A stretch of 64,000 nucleotides of DNA from Paraspadella gotoi (lineage: Eukaryota; Animalia; Chaetognatha), in assembly GCA_051294375.1 (NCBI GenBank), contig CM119269.1:23169497-23233496 (forward strand). Reading direction: 5' to 3'. A program made the translations under genes and the position numbers. The notes under the pieces were generated by a model, which saw only the letters and a list, made by a program, of their open reading frames with translations, was not told where the DNA came from and did no database searches. Below, piece after piece: positions 37,930 through 51,706 of this stretch; position 1 is the first letter of the stretch, and each line of letters begins with the position of its first letter.

Positions 37930-39045
37930 AACTGGATTCGTCCACACTGGGATTTCGATCCACACAAGTGATTTGCCACCACAGTGATTGTGTCCACCAC
38001 GGGATTCGTCCACAACAGGATTTCGTCCACAACAGGATTCGTCCACACATGGATTCGTCACACTGGATTCGTCCTGGATTCTGTCCACACAGGATTGTCA
38101 CCGATCTGCACACAGGATTCGTCACAAAGAGTCCACTGGCATTCTGTCCACACAGGATTCCGTTCCACAAGGATTCGTCCACACAGGGATTCGCGTCCAC
38201 ACAGGGATTCGTCCACCACAGGATCGTACCACACATTTCACACAGGATTGCCAAAAGATTCGTCCACACAGGATTCGGCCACACAGGATTCGTCCACACA
38301 GGATTCGTCCACACGTGGATTCCGTCCACACAGGATTCCGTCCACACAGGGATTCTTCCACCAGATTCGTCCCACAAGTGGATCGTCCACAAAGGAATTC
38401 GTCCACACTGAAATTCGTCACAAAGGATTCGTCGTCCACCGACGTCACAAGGATTTCGTCCACACAGGATCGAGGCCACACAGGATTCGTCCCACACAGG
38501 ATTGTTCACAAAGGATTCGTACCACACCAGGATTCTGCCACACAGGATGTTCGCTCCACAAAGGTTCGTGCCACCAGGAGATTCTGCCACACAGGATTCG
38601 TCCACGATCAGGATTCGTCCACACAGGATTCGTCCACCACGTGGATTCCTGCCACAACAGGATTCATCCATCAAGGGATTCGTCCCACACTGGACTTCGT
38701 CCACAGCAGGATTCGCCACACAGGATTCGCTTCACACACAGGATTGCGTACCACAAAAGGATTCGTCCACACTGGATTCGTTACCAACACAGGATTCGGC
38801 CACACAGGATTCGTCCACCGACAGGATTCGGCACACAGATGTTTCGTCCCACACGGATTCATGTCCCAGCACTGCGCATTCGGATGCCACACCAGGATAG
38901 TCGTTGCACACGACAGGATTTCTGTCCTCACCAAAGGATTCGTCCACACGAAGATCGGTCCACACAGGATTCGTCCACCAATGGTTTTGTCCACACTGAG
39001 ATTCGGTCCACACAAGATTCGTCCACACTGGATTCGGTCCACACT
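37930..39045. repeat. 15-bp minisatellite, noisy duplicate of 41930-42973
   Basis: Unit ggattcgtccacaca with many indels. Confidence 0.9.
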
Positions 39046-39813
39046 TACGCTAATAGCTGGCTGACATGACACCACATTTCCTAAGTATACGCCCACAAAG
39101 AATCCACGGTTAATTCTGAGGAGACAGCCGAGGACAAACCACAGTCTTCCTAGGTTATTCATAAAACCCTTGTTCCCAGAGGGGGGGGGGGGGGCGGGGG
39201 GGGGGTGGGGGTCTTATAGTCTTAACGACGAAAACGACCTTAAGACTTAAAACTTTGAAACTTTAATCACAAATGAAAATCCTATCGTAAATAAAAAAGA
39301 AAACAAGATCGGTTCATCCAATGTGTTGCTCCGCAGATGACTTTTAGTTTTCACGTTGATTGACAAGACACGACAATGACTATAAAAACTTTCCTTAACT
39401 CGTGCATATTCGAAATTTCCTGTCTTTTATTCTCTTTATGTTTATTAGGTCAGATTTCCTGAAGGCGGCTGCGTAGCAGTCGACTTAATTTTTCCGGTCT
39501 ATATCAATCTCAGACTCAACCACACTATATGCAAGTTATGAGCATTTTTAAGCGTAAGTGAAACAGGACCGACGCGACAAACAGACCGACAGACCGACTA
39601 AAAGGTTACGTTATAGAGTTGCTCCGCTGAGTACTCGCCGGGCGCAGCGTAACTAACAACAAAAGACTCGTTTTCTACTTCGAATCGCATAAAAGTAGAC
39701 GACTGTAACTGAGGAGAGAAGATGACGCTACGAACGACGACGACGCATGAAGGGAGAACGACTGAACGGTTCCCTTAAGCGTTAATTTTCCGGGTATACG
39801 ACGCACATCCGGA

Positions 39814-39844
<31 letters not shown>

Positions 39845-40276
39845 ACGACGAAGTCTTCCGCGGTCATAACTACGGTTAGTAACTGAGCCGAAAAAAAAAA
39901 AAAAAACTCGTTGTGGTGAAATAAAGACTTCGGTTAATGCCCTCTCCATCTCTCTCTCTCTCTCACTTCTCTTCTCTCACTTTCTCTGTTCTCTGTTTCT
40001 CTCCCTTCTCTGCCTCTCTTCTCTGCTCTGCTTCTCTTACGTTCTTCTCTTCTCGTCTCTCTCTCTCTCCTCTTGCTCAAACTTTCTCTTTGTTCTCTTC
40101 TTCTTTCTCCCTCTACTCTTCCTCTGTCTCTTCTCTCTTTCTTCTCTCGTCGTCAATCGTTCTCTTTCCTTTCTGCCCCCTCGATGTCCTCTCTCTCGTC
40201 TCTCTCTCCTCTCTCTCTCCTCTCTGCTTCTCTCATCGTCGCTCTCTCACTCTCATGTTTCTCTCGTCTTTCTTCT

Positions 40277-40329
<53 letters not shown>

Positions 40330-40330
40330 A

Positions 40331-40367
<37 letters not shown>

Positions 40368-40388
40368 CTCTCTCACTTTGCTCTGGTT

Positions 40389-40424
<36 letters not shown>

Positions 40425-41390
40425 GTTCTCTCGTTCCCAATTCTCTCCCTCTCTCCCCCACCCTTCTCCCTCTCTTATCAGACAAAACCAGCCAAAATCT
40501 CGGAACTTCCTCCAACTTTTGGTTCAAAGTCTAAGAGCATCCAATCTCTCTCGGAAGAGCAGGAGAGAACAGTAGGAAGAGGACTGGAAGACCGACGAGG
40601 ACGACGACGATGAAGACGACGATGACGACCGATGAAGACGACGACCGCTGGACAACGATGATATCTCACTGTGAACAGACATGCACTACAACGACGTATG
40701 ACAGTGTGATAACAGTTATATTTAGAAAAGAAGAACAAATATTTCTGAGGATTTAGGTTTTAAGTTTGGATGGATGCATGATGATGATGATGATGATGAT
40801 ATGATGCATGCATTAATGGAGACGGATTGATGGATGACGGATGGACAATGAGGACGACGACACGTGCGACGACGACGAGGAGGAAGAGGAGAAAGAGGAG
40901 GAAGAGGAGGAGGAGGAGGAGGTTAATGAGCAAAAAAAAATTTGTTTGACCAAGTTATTACTTTCATTTATTTCTCAGCCAAGATACATAGAGGTAAAGT
41001 TATAAGAGGTTGAAACATAACAGAATGCGGGAAATCATAGTATTAATTAATAGTAGATTAATTAATGAGTTGTAATTATTCCGGCATACTGGGGATGGGA
41101 AAACAAGTAAATAGAAAAGGCGGAGAGAGAGAAATGAAACAATTCAAATGTGAATAAGGTTTTTTTTATAGCTGAAATAATAAAAATTAACACTCGGAAT
41201 AAAATGGAATTTTAACAGCAGACACGCTGACTTATTCTCCTCTCCGCCTATCTATCCTATCTATCTATCCCATCTATCCTTCCGTGCCTATCTATCCTAT
41301 CTATCTATCCTATCTATCTATCCTTTCATGCCTATCTATCCTATCTATCTATCTATCCTATCTATCCTTCCCTGCTTTCTTCACAAACAG

Positions 41391-41531
41391 TGATCCCGAT
41401 GGACACTGTCTCCAAGATGGATGTGGTCAGTGCCGTCGAGGATGTGCAGGAAGTTGACGAAGTCGAGAACGTGGAATCTGTGCCGAAGATTCCCAACAAG
41501 AAGCCGATCATTCCCACGCCTGGAGAGCCTG
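41391..41531 (+). CDS. Internal exon, acidic/Pro linker, probably of the Kazal gene; noisy duplicate 37375-37521
   Basis: ctttcttcacaaaCAG acceptor, G|GTCAGT donor, 141 nt phase 1 to 1: IPMDTVSKMDVVSAVEDVQEVDEVENVESVPKIPNKKPIIPTPGEP. Confidence 0.7.
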
Positions 41532-41929
41532 GTCAGTCAGTCGGTCTCGGGTCGGTCTGTCTGTCATACGATAGGCCGCTCAGTCTGTCTCTTTTTGGTC
41601 GGGATCGGTCTGTCTCTCGGTCAATCAGTCAGTCAGTCAGTCAGTCTTTATCTTACTCCTTCTCTGTTCGTGCATTTGTGCATTCTACCTAGTTTACAGA
41701 CTAAGTACAATTGATGAATTAACTAATTAACTAATTAAGTCAGCCAAAGTCTAAATACGAGAACAGATGTGAAACTCAACGCTCTACTAATAAGATTACC
41801 CAGAGACCATCTGGCAATAACATCATCAACTATTCTGATCATAATCATCAAAAGATTTGATAACAGACTATAATCCTCTTAGAAAATTAACTTCTTTACT
41901 TTGACAAAAATTCTACCTTCGAGAATCAC

Positions 41930-42973
41930 ACTGGATTCGTCCACACTGGATTCGTCCACACAGGATTTGTCCACACAGGATTTGTCCACACAGGATTCGT
42001 CCACAACAGGATTCGTCCACAACAGGATTCGTCCACACTGGATTCGTCCATGCAGCATTACTATCATCGTCACAAACAGGATTCGTCGCACAAGGATTCG
42101 TCCACAGCTGGATTCTGCCACACGAGGATTCGTCCACAAGGATTCGTCCACACTGGATTCGTCCACACAGGATTCGTCCACACAGGATTCGTCCACACAG
42201 GATTCGTCACAGGCGCCACACAGGATTCGTCCACAAGGATTGGTCAGGATTCGTCACACAGGATTCGGTCCACACAGGATTCGTCCACACAGGATTCGTC
42301 CACACTGGATTCCGTCCAACCACAGGATTCGTCCACACAAGGATTCGTCCACACAGGATTCGTCCACAATGTTCGTCCACAAAGGATTCGTCCACACATG
42401 AATTGTCCACAGGAATTCGTCCACACCAGGGATTCGTCACACAGGATTCGCCACAGCAGGATTCGTTCCAACAGGAATTCATCCACAAAGGATTCGTCCA
42501 CACAGGATTCTGCCACACAGGATTTCCGTCACAAAGGGATTCGTCCACACGATTCGTCACACAGGATTTCGTCCACACAGGATTCGTCCACACAGGATTC
42601 GTCCACACTGGATTCTGCCACACAGGATTCATCCACAAGGATTCGTCCACACTGGATTCGTCCACACAGGATTCGCCACACAGGATTCGTTCACACAGGA
42701 TTCGTCCACAAAGGATTCGTCACACTGGATTCGTCCACACAGGATTCGCCACACAGGATTCGTCCACAACAGGATCTCGGCCACACAGGATTCGTCCACA
42801 CAGGATTCGTCCACACTGATTCGTCCACACAGGATTCGGCACACAGGATTCGTTCACACAGGATTCGTCCACAAAGGATTCGTCCACAAAACTGGATTCG
42901 TCCACGCACAGAGGTTTGTCCACACTGGATTCGTCCACACACGAAGATTCGTCCACACTGGATTCGTCCACAC
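41930..42973. repeat. 15-bp minisatellite GGATTCGTCCACACA, ~65-70 copies, intronic
   Basis: Head-to-tail repeats; source of the TQDSS/WTNPV ORFs. Confidence 0.95.
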
Positions 42974-43169
42974 TTTACGCAATATGCTGTGACATGACAC
43001 CACATTTCCTACACTGTATATCGCCCACAAAGACACGGTTAATTCGAGGAGACAGCGAGACACCCACAGCTTCCTTAGTTCAAAACCTTTCCCAGGGTCT
43101 TAAGTCTTAACGACGAAAACGACTTAAGACTTAAAACTTGAAACTTTAGAGCACAAATAAAATCCTATC

Positions 43170-43497
43170 GTAAAAAAAAACAAGATCGGTTCATCCAATG
43201 TGTTGCTCGCAGTGACTTTATTTTCACGTGACTTGACAAGACAGACATGACTAAAAAACTTTCTTAACTCGTGCATCGAAATTCTGTCTTTTATTCTCTT
43301 ATAGTTTTAGGATTTCTGAAGGCGGCGCTAGCAGTCACTTAGATTTTCCTGTCTTATCAAATGACCAACCAACTATATGCAAGTTATGAGCATTTTTAAC
43401 GTAAGTGAAACAGACCGACGGACAAACAGACCGACAGACCGACTTAAAAGTTACTTATAGAGTTGCTCCCGCGAGTACTCGCGGCGTAACTAACAAC
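43170..43497. mobile_element. HINE copy in opposite orientation; noisy duplicate 39302-39660
   Basis: aacaag start, (cagac/cgac)n, ttatagagttg, ccgcgag-ta-ctcgcgg hairpin, aactaa end. Confidence 0.7.
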
Positions 43498-43626
43498 AAA
43501 GACTCGTTTCTACTTCGAATCGCAATAAAAGTAGACGACTGTAACTGAGAGAAGAAGATGACGACGACGACGACGACGATGAAAGAGAACGACGAACGGT
43601 TTCCCTTTAACGTTTTCCGGGTCATA

Positions 43627-43660
<34 letters not shown>

Positions 43661-43828
43661 ACGACGACGAGACACGAACGAGTTTTCCGGGTCATAACCG
43701 GTTGAGCGCGAAAAAAAAAAAAAAAACTCGTTTGGTGGAAATAAAGACTTCGGTTAATGCCTCTCTCTCTCTCTCTCTCTCTCACTTTCTCTCTCTCTCA
43801 CTTTCTCTGTTCTGTCTCTCTTTCTCTC

Positions 43829-43949
<121 letters not shown>

Positions 43950-43989
43950 TTCTCTCGTCTCTCTCCTCTTCTCTCTCTCGTCACTTTCT

Positions 43990-44077
<88 letters not shown>

Positions 44078-44127
44078 ATCTCTTTCCCATCTCTCCCTCT
44101 CTCCCCCACCCTCTCCCTCTCTATCAG

Positions 44128-44234
44128 ACAACCAGCCAACATCTCGGAACTTCCTCCAACTTTGGTTCCAAAGTCTAAGAGCATCCAATCTTCTCGGAGA
44201 GGAAGATAGGAGAGCAGTAGAAAGAGGGACGTGA
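44128..44234 (+). CDS. Probable terminal exon of the Kazal gene; noisy duplicate ~40481-40590
   Basis: Long (CT)n + CAG acceptor, phase 1 matches donor at 41531: DNQPTSRNFLQLWFQSLRASNLLGEEDRRAVERGT*. Confidence 0.55.
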
Positions 44235-44396
44235 AGACGACGAGGACGACGACGATGAAGACGACGATGACGACGATGAAGACGACGACGATGACAACGA
44301 TGATACTCACGTGACATGACATGGCACTACAACGACGTATGACATGTATAACAGTTTATTTTGACAAATATTTCTGAGGATTTTTAGGGTTTAAGT

Positions 44397-44437
<41 letters not shown>

Positions 44438-45879
44438 ATGATGACGATGATGATGACAATGAGGACGACGACGACGACGTGGACGACGACGAGGAGGAAG
44501 AGGAGAAAGAGGAGGAAGAGGAAGAGGAGGAAGAGGAGGAGGAGGAGGAGGTTAATGAGAAAAAAAAATTTGTTTGACCAAGTTATTACTTTTCATTTTT
44601 ATTCTACATCAAGATAATAGAGAGTAAAGGTTATAAGAGATTGATAACATAAGCAGAAATGGGGGAAATTCATAGTATTAATTAATAGTTAATTAATTAA
44701 TGATTGTAATTATTCGGCTGGGATGGGAAAACAATAAATAAAAGGCGAGAGAGAGAAATGAAACAATTTCAATGTAATAAGGTTTTTTTTATACTGAAAT
44801 AAATAAAAATTACACTCGAATAAAATGGAATTTTTTGAAAGCAGGACACCTGACTAGAGAATCTCCTCTGGGAAATCCACACTGTTAGAGTGGTACAGCG
44901 ACCGCCTTTCCTATCGCTCACTTTAATTAGGGGACTATATTTCACCCTGTTTTATTTAAATCTTTATAAAATTGACGCAAACATTACAAAGTTATATTTT
45001 CATTAAATAAGGTGCATTGCCCCTGACTTGAGACCAGAAATGGTGAGGTAGTGGCTCCGTTCGTCGTCCAAGATAATATCCTGGCAGGATCCTGCAAGCT
45101 TTCAATCAGGTCAAGTCGAGTTCAAAGGTTATAAACTCTCCCAGAAGGCTTTATTTTCCAAAACTACCCTTTCCATCTCTAAAATTCGGAATTAGGTTAT
45201 TTTTTTATTTTAAGAATACAGGGTTTTATTCAAATTGTAGAGATTTTTAAATCTTTTATGAAAAATTATAAAAATTTTTAAAAATTGTATACAAATAAAA
45301 GAGCTCAAATGAAAATTATATCATTTTTTTAAAAATCTTTAAAAATTTTATAAAAATAAAAAAGCTCAAATTAAAATTCAAAAAAAATTTTAAAATTTTA
45401 GAAAAATAAAGAGCTTAAATGAAAGCTTAGTACTTATTCTATTTGCCCAAATATAATTAACTTATAATAACAAAATAAATTACAGTGAGCCAGAAAAGTT
45501 AAAGTGTCAGTATTCCTTTGCGCCCAAACCAATCAAAATAATTTATTGATATAATATATACATTGATTTTGAGTTATCATTAATGCTACATGAGACTAAA
45601 AAAATTTTTGATCAGGGAAAGATGCGCCATGAAAGGTTTTTAAATTTTTACTCATGTGGATTTAAACGCTTTGCTTTTGGATGTGATATCAACTTATCAT
45701 GTTGCCAGCTATTATTAACCAAACATTAAATATTATGGAGCTTTGGGTCTTTATAATTCTAATATGATAATTAAACAAGTGCTAAAGCCAATTGATGTCA
45801 TTTCATGTCTTGGGTGATTGTTTTGAGTTAAATATTAAGGTTAAATATTAATATAAAATCAAATTTAATGATAAACGAA

Positions 45880-46000
45880 CAAAATGGGCCACTCCCGGAA
45901 AAGTGAGCCCAAGTTTCAATTTTGACAATGATGTTTAAAAAATCGTAGAGTGGATGAGAAACAGCAAAGTGTCGTCTGAACGAAAGACAAAATATTCCAG
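45880..46000 (-). pseudogene. Lipoxygenase-like exon fragment with apparent frameshifts
   Basis: ttttCAG acceptor then IFCLSFRRHFAVSHPLYDF, and KHHC after a 1-nt shift; resembles LOX E.F....R.L...HP.Y..L..H. Confidence 0.45.
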
Positions 46001-46444
46001 CTGAAAAGTGGAAAGATGGAAAAAGGGAAAATGAAAAATGGAAAAAGGGAAAATGAAAAATGGAAAATAAAAAAATTGAAGTCTTTAAAACTGTTAATGA
46101 ATATCTCTTTCATCTACATATGTGTAATTTTTATGCCTATCGCTGTCTCTTTGGGTTAAGAATTAGGTTAGGTTCAGGATTAGAGTTTAAGATTACAATC
46201 AAATTCCAGGATAAAGGATCAGAAATGGGATGTTCTTGGAAAAGAGAGCACATTGTGTTTCACCGAAACTGAAACTGATCCACTTGGATTTGATTTGAAA
46301 AGAAGTCCTGGTGAAATTGTGCGCGATTCACAGGCAAAAGTCACTTGATCACCGATGGCAGAAACGTGAACGTCGGCTGGAACTGTCAAGGAAGCGATTG
46401 AAGAATATGCTCCCCACTATTTACTGAAAGGGATTCATTTCTAT

Positions 46445-46701
46445 TTTTTTAGTTGCGCCGCGAATACTCTATAAGTTACTTTTCGGTCGGTCTGGCGATC
46501 GGTCGGTCAGTCGGTCGTTATGTCTGTCTGTCGGTCTGTCCAACTTACGTTAAAATGCTGATAACTTGCATATAGTTGGTTGCTCATTTGTCATAACAGG
46601 AAAAAATATCAAATGTCATGTCATGTCATGTCATGTCACGAGAAATACATGTGACAAGGCGGTCACTGCGGCGCAACACCTTTGAATTACCGTTCTTGTT
46701 T
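46445..46701. mobile_element. HINE copy
   Basis: ttttagttgcgccgcg...ctctataag...(gtcg)n...gcggcgcaac...ttcttgtt, same layout as 20449-20812. Confidence 0.7.
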
Positions 46702-48039
46702 TCATTAAACTAAAGGCTGTTTAAGTGATTAGGGTAATATCATGTCGTATTGGTAATTAAATTACATTGGTAATTAAATTACAAACATTACGAAACATAA
46801 ACAAACAAACAAAATTACTTGCCGTTGAAACAACTCCGATGAAAATTAAGAAGAGGTTGAAAAACTCCAAACAAAAAAAGTTGAAGATTTTCATTTTCTT
46901 GAAGAGAAATTTAATTATTCTAAATCTCGGAAAAAAAAATGTGAGAAGAAATGATTTAAAGTTCGAAAAGCTCTATAGTGTAACTGGAAATTAAATTGTG
47001 AATTGTTTGTTTGAGAGTTATGATTTTGAAAGGATATTTAATTGTTGATAAACAAATTTGAGCAAACAATGTCGGATCTGCCCACGATCATTATCGGTAA
47101 TTAATCAATTGATAATTAATTAATACAAGTTAATTAATTAATTAGTTAATTAATAATTAATTAATTAATTCAAGTTAATTAAATAAATAATTAAACCAAT
47201 TAATAAATTAATTTGATTTTAATTTAATTTAATTTTTGATCTGAAATGTTTGTTTTGATTGATTAATAAACTGATTAATTAATTATTGATAAATTAATTG
47301 ACTAATTGATTAAGTAACTGATTAATTATTTGATTAATTAATACATCTTGCATTTACATTAAATATAAAAAGAAAAAGAAGCATAATCAATTAGTGAAAC
47401 AGTTTTTTTGTTTTTTTCCGTTTAAACTCATTTCCCTATCAATGCATTAAAGAATGTTTCAAATGTATAAAAGGACCACTCGACAACAACAACAACAACG
47501 ACAACAACAACGACAACAACAACCGGAGTCGCTCGTCGTTTGTTTACGTTTGTTTTCTTCGTCATCAGATTCTCGACGCTGATTTGAAGACGACGACGAC
47601 GACGACGATGATGACGACGACAACGACGATGATGATGACGACCACGACGATGTTTACGACGACTACTAAGACAACCACAAAGACGACTAAAACGACGATG
47701 ATGATGACGACTACTAAGACAACCACAAAGACGACTAAAACGACGATGATGATGACGACGACAATGATGTAAACGATGACTAAAACAATGACGAAGATGA
47801 CTAAAATGACGATGATGACGACGACGATAACGTTGTTGACGACTAAGACGACGACGACAAAAACGACGAAGAAGATGACGACTACAACGACAAAGTCGAT
47901 GACTGCAAAACGATAAGAATCAGTCAGACACTAAAAAGTGAAAACTTGAAAATGTGAAGAAAATTTTTTTTTAAGGAGACGAAAGTTATGACGTCATAGA
48001 CGCTCAAAGTGAAAAGGTAATTTGGATTTAAAGCTCTCT

Positions 48040-48450
48040 TTTCCGAGAGTGCCCCATTTCTGTTTTTGGCTCTCTTTTCCGAGAGTGCTCTATTTCTGTA
48101 CATTTATCCCAGAACTTAATTTTAATCATAAATATATTATCCTAAATATATTATTAATTTTTTAAACTAATCCTAAACCCTAATCCTTAATCTTAATTCT
48201 TATCCCTAACTTAATCCTTGATCCTATACCCTAATCCTTAATATCAATCCTTAATCCTAAACTCTTATTGCTAATTTTTAATCCTAACCCTGACCTCAAA
48301 CCTTAAATGCTAATCCATAACCAAAATACCTAATCCTAATCCCAAACCTAGTGTTTAAAATTAATCACTAACCTAATCCCTAACCTAATCTGCAACTAAA
48401 AAAATTAATCTAATTCCGAATTTAAGATAAAATGGGGCTTTCTAGGAAAA
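48040..48450. repeat. Dispersed repeat with internal degenerate (CCTAAY)n array; inverted relative at 51110-51362, another at ~2157-2560
   Basis: Shared end cgagagtgccccatttc (48043) vs gaaatgtggcactctcg (51345) flanking telomere-like hexamers. Confidence 0.55.
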
Positions 48451-48665
48451 TAAGGCTGATTAAATCATCTTATGATTAAACTACGGCGACGAAAGATAAC
48501 TTTATAATAAAAACTTTTCAATAGAATAAGTAGAACTCAAATTATTGAAAAATCACTGGACCTGTCAACATCTTTCACTTGTAACTTGTTTAATAAAACA
48601 TTTGTTTATATTCTAATAAATTTTAATTGATGATCGTTAAGCAAAATAAAACATTATTTACAATT

Positions 48666-48809
48666 TTACGACAAATTAGCTCGACAGGGTCCCTTGAACA
48701 TTTCGTAAATCGGATGAAATTCGTGATAATACCTTTCGACCAGAGAGCAAGCGGCATCCAAAAACCTAGAAAAGTCAAAAAAGTAATATTATTAGACTTA
48801 CTTTGTAGG

Positions 48810-48871
<62 letters not shown>

Positions 48872-49811
48872 CACAATCGCCGTTTATATGTCATAATTCC
48901 TTCAAAATCAAACAATGAACAATGCACACGTTCCACTGTTAATTCAGATTCCAATTTGCAAGTCAAATCTTCGCCAGAATTCTCGCTGCCCAACGCAAAA
49001 ATTTTGTTGGATTTTGTTTCGTAAAAAGTTTCCTTTTTAAAATAAAGAGGCTCATAATTAATATGTAAAGGGATGTTTTTAGCCTGGATCTTCTTATAAC
49101 ACATTCCGGATATATGATTCGGTTGAACAGAGGTCATTTCATTAACGTGACTGGACAGTTAATTTTTTTTTTTACCAGTGGCCTACCCCCCAGTCTCTCA
49201 CGTGCGAATCGCTGGCAATTTTCAATTTTTCTTTGAGTTTGAGTTTATCTTGAGGAATTTCTCCTTTCCAAAATCCAGTCACGTTAACGATACATTCTGG
49301 GACATTTATGGTTTCTGCTTTAGCGTTTAGACCCTGGAACATTGGGCAGACCAGACTTCTGGGTTCTGAAAAAAAAATTAATAAAAAAATTAAAAAATCA
49401 GAGTTGAGAGGTTAACGGTTAACCAATTAGGTATAAAACAATGGCCACTTGGGTAGTGATTTAATGATACTATAATACTGAGAAAAAAAAAGATATTCTT
49501 GAAGATAAAAAAAAACTTTCTAAAATCTCTTACACTCTTTGTTTTTAATTGAACAGGATTTTAAATGAAATTAAAAGCTAGTCAACATTTTTAAATGCTC
49601 CCCGCCTTAGAATATTTATTACTGTAGTGTAAACAGTGTAGCTATTTTCAGTTACTGGCTTTTTCATTGCCTTACCTAACACAACAACATAGTTGCTTTC
49701 ATTTCGTCCACTTTCCCAAACGCAGTCATACTGACCCCCGTTATCAGGGGTAACCTTTTCAATGGTGTATATGAAAGATCGCTTATCATCTTCGTTAACG
49801 GGAACTAATCT
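48666..49811 (-). CDS. Four-exon divergent PLAT/lipoxygenase-like gene segment (49736-49811, 49187-49365, 48875-49032, 48666-48765)
   Basis: All GT-AG with compatible phases (1,0,2): RLVPVNEDDKRSFIYTIEKVTPDNG|EPRSLVCPMFQGL...HVRDWG|ETFYETK...GIMTYKRRL|FLDAACSLVERYYHEFHPIYEMFKGPCRANLS*. Exon structure is solid; LOX identity rests on ERxxxxxHPIY and a weak PLAT-like pattern. Confidence 0.5.
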
Positions 49812-51648
49812 CTGCAGGAATTAAATATTAAAATTAAAAATACGGCAGATTAGTTATAAAAGTTTTTTCCTGAAATTAAAAAAAAAAAATCATAAAGATG
49901 GAAAGACAAAGCCTATTATTTAATTTTAAAAAATGTCTAAAGAAGAAAAGTATAAAGTAGGGCAATGCACCAAGTACATCAAGTTCAGCCGGTAAAGTGT
50001 GAACTTGACTCTTTCCATATAGAACTGGTGGCTCATTGAATAATAGGGGGGTGATGAAAAATTGAGCGATTGAACATTATGGACATGTAATTAATGAATT
50101 TTAAATCGTTTAAAAATTTTTTTCTAAGCATAAAATATAGAAATCCAATTATTTATTAGTAATATCCTAATAAAAATCGTTAAATTTCAATTTTTAATTT
50201 TTAAGAACAGATTTAATTCGCCTTAAAAAAACTAAGAAACTTTTATACAATATGTTATATGCTATTTTAATGTTTATACCACAAAAAATGACTAAACTGT
50301 TTTAACATATATAAGTTTCTACTACAGAGAATAAAAAAGTCCTGAATTTTCACCTTTTCCCCTGTTTTAAATGCTGAAGACTACAAAATTTTTGATAACA
50401 TTCTTTATATTTTTGATTTAACTTTTTATGAAGAATCTGAATCTCTATTAAACGTTTTAAAAAAATATTTTTAAAATTTACTATTTTCTAAGATATTACT
50501 ACAAATATATTGTATTTTACTATTCTGTTCCCGAGATTATATGAACAAAATATTTTTTGTACTAGTTAATCATTCAAAAACTTTTTAAATTTTGTCCAAG
50601 GATATTACTATATCACTCAAACAAATAAATAGCATATGGCTTAAAAATCGTTCTTGTTTGTATGATTTTAGTTCAAATTAAATAATTTGAGAAGAAGGGT
50701 TAATAAAACTAGGAACATCAAGTTTTCAAAACCAGTTTTCTGATGACTAATTTGATAATGAAAAAGGTTTTGGGTTTCCCACCTTAAGGCTTATATCCTA
50801 TGAACCATTTTTTAGCATTTTAATATCAATTATTGAACAGGTATGGGTTTTTACTTTTTAGAAGTATGTTATAACTAATGTTATAACTTATGGAAAGATA
50901 AATAATTGAAAATTCTTAATAATCGCCTTAAAAAAAGAATTTATTATTCCTATTACTTAAAAAGCAAGAAAAATCTTTTAAAATATTAAAAATGATATCA
51001 TGAGCCTAGCTAAAGCTCTTGTTCTCACTTTGTCCCTTCATACTTTTGGCCATTTTTTCCCTGACCGCCCCCCATTTTATTTTAAATTCAGAATTAAGAT
51101 AATTTTTTGAGTTAAAGGATTTGGTGTAAGAGTTTAAAGGATTTAAATAGAAAATAGGGTTAGGGTTAAGATTATAAGTTTGGTTAAAGATTAGGGTTAA
51201 AAAATTAGAGTTAAAGTTAGGAAATAGGGTTAGGTTAAGATTATAAGTTGGTTTAAAGATTAGGGTTAAAATTAGAGTTAGGGTATAAGTTTAAAAACAT
51301 ATTTAGGTAAAATATTAAAGTTAGAATTAAGGAAGTAAAGAACCGAAATGTGGCACTCTCGAAATTTTATCACTTTATTATTTTTTTTCTTCTCTATTTA
51401 CATTAAAACTGTGCAACTGCGACAATGTAACTTACAAATTCACTTTATGTTTCAAGATTTTTTATTCTTGTCATAAACATTTGTAAACATTTCGTGTTTA
51501 TCGTCAAAAAACAACGAAAAAATGTTTACGCGGACAGAATTTTGTTGAAAGTCTCAGCCGAAATGAAGACGGACGACGACGACGACGATAACGACGCTGA
51601 AAACGTTCGATCCATGAATCACTGAAAATAAAGAGGGAGGGGAGGGAG

Positions 51649-51706
<58 letters not shown>

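Noticed and set aside
37889-43063. Up to 361-aa pentapeptide-repeat ORFs (TQDSS, WTNPV, CGRIL)
   Set aside because: 15-bp minisatellite open in many frames on both strands, intronic, no splice support
49151-49175. 25-nt GT-AG micro-intron that would keep ORF 48871-49137 in frame
   Set aside because: An ordinary 154-nt intron (49033-49186) gives a compatible frame; micro-intron not needed
48170-51300. Telomere-like CCCTAA/TTAGGG tracts (also 2170-2560, 3795-3855)
   Set aside because: Highly degenerate and internal to a dispersed repeat; not a chromosome end or demonstrable fusion
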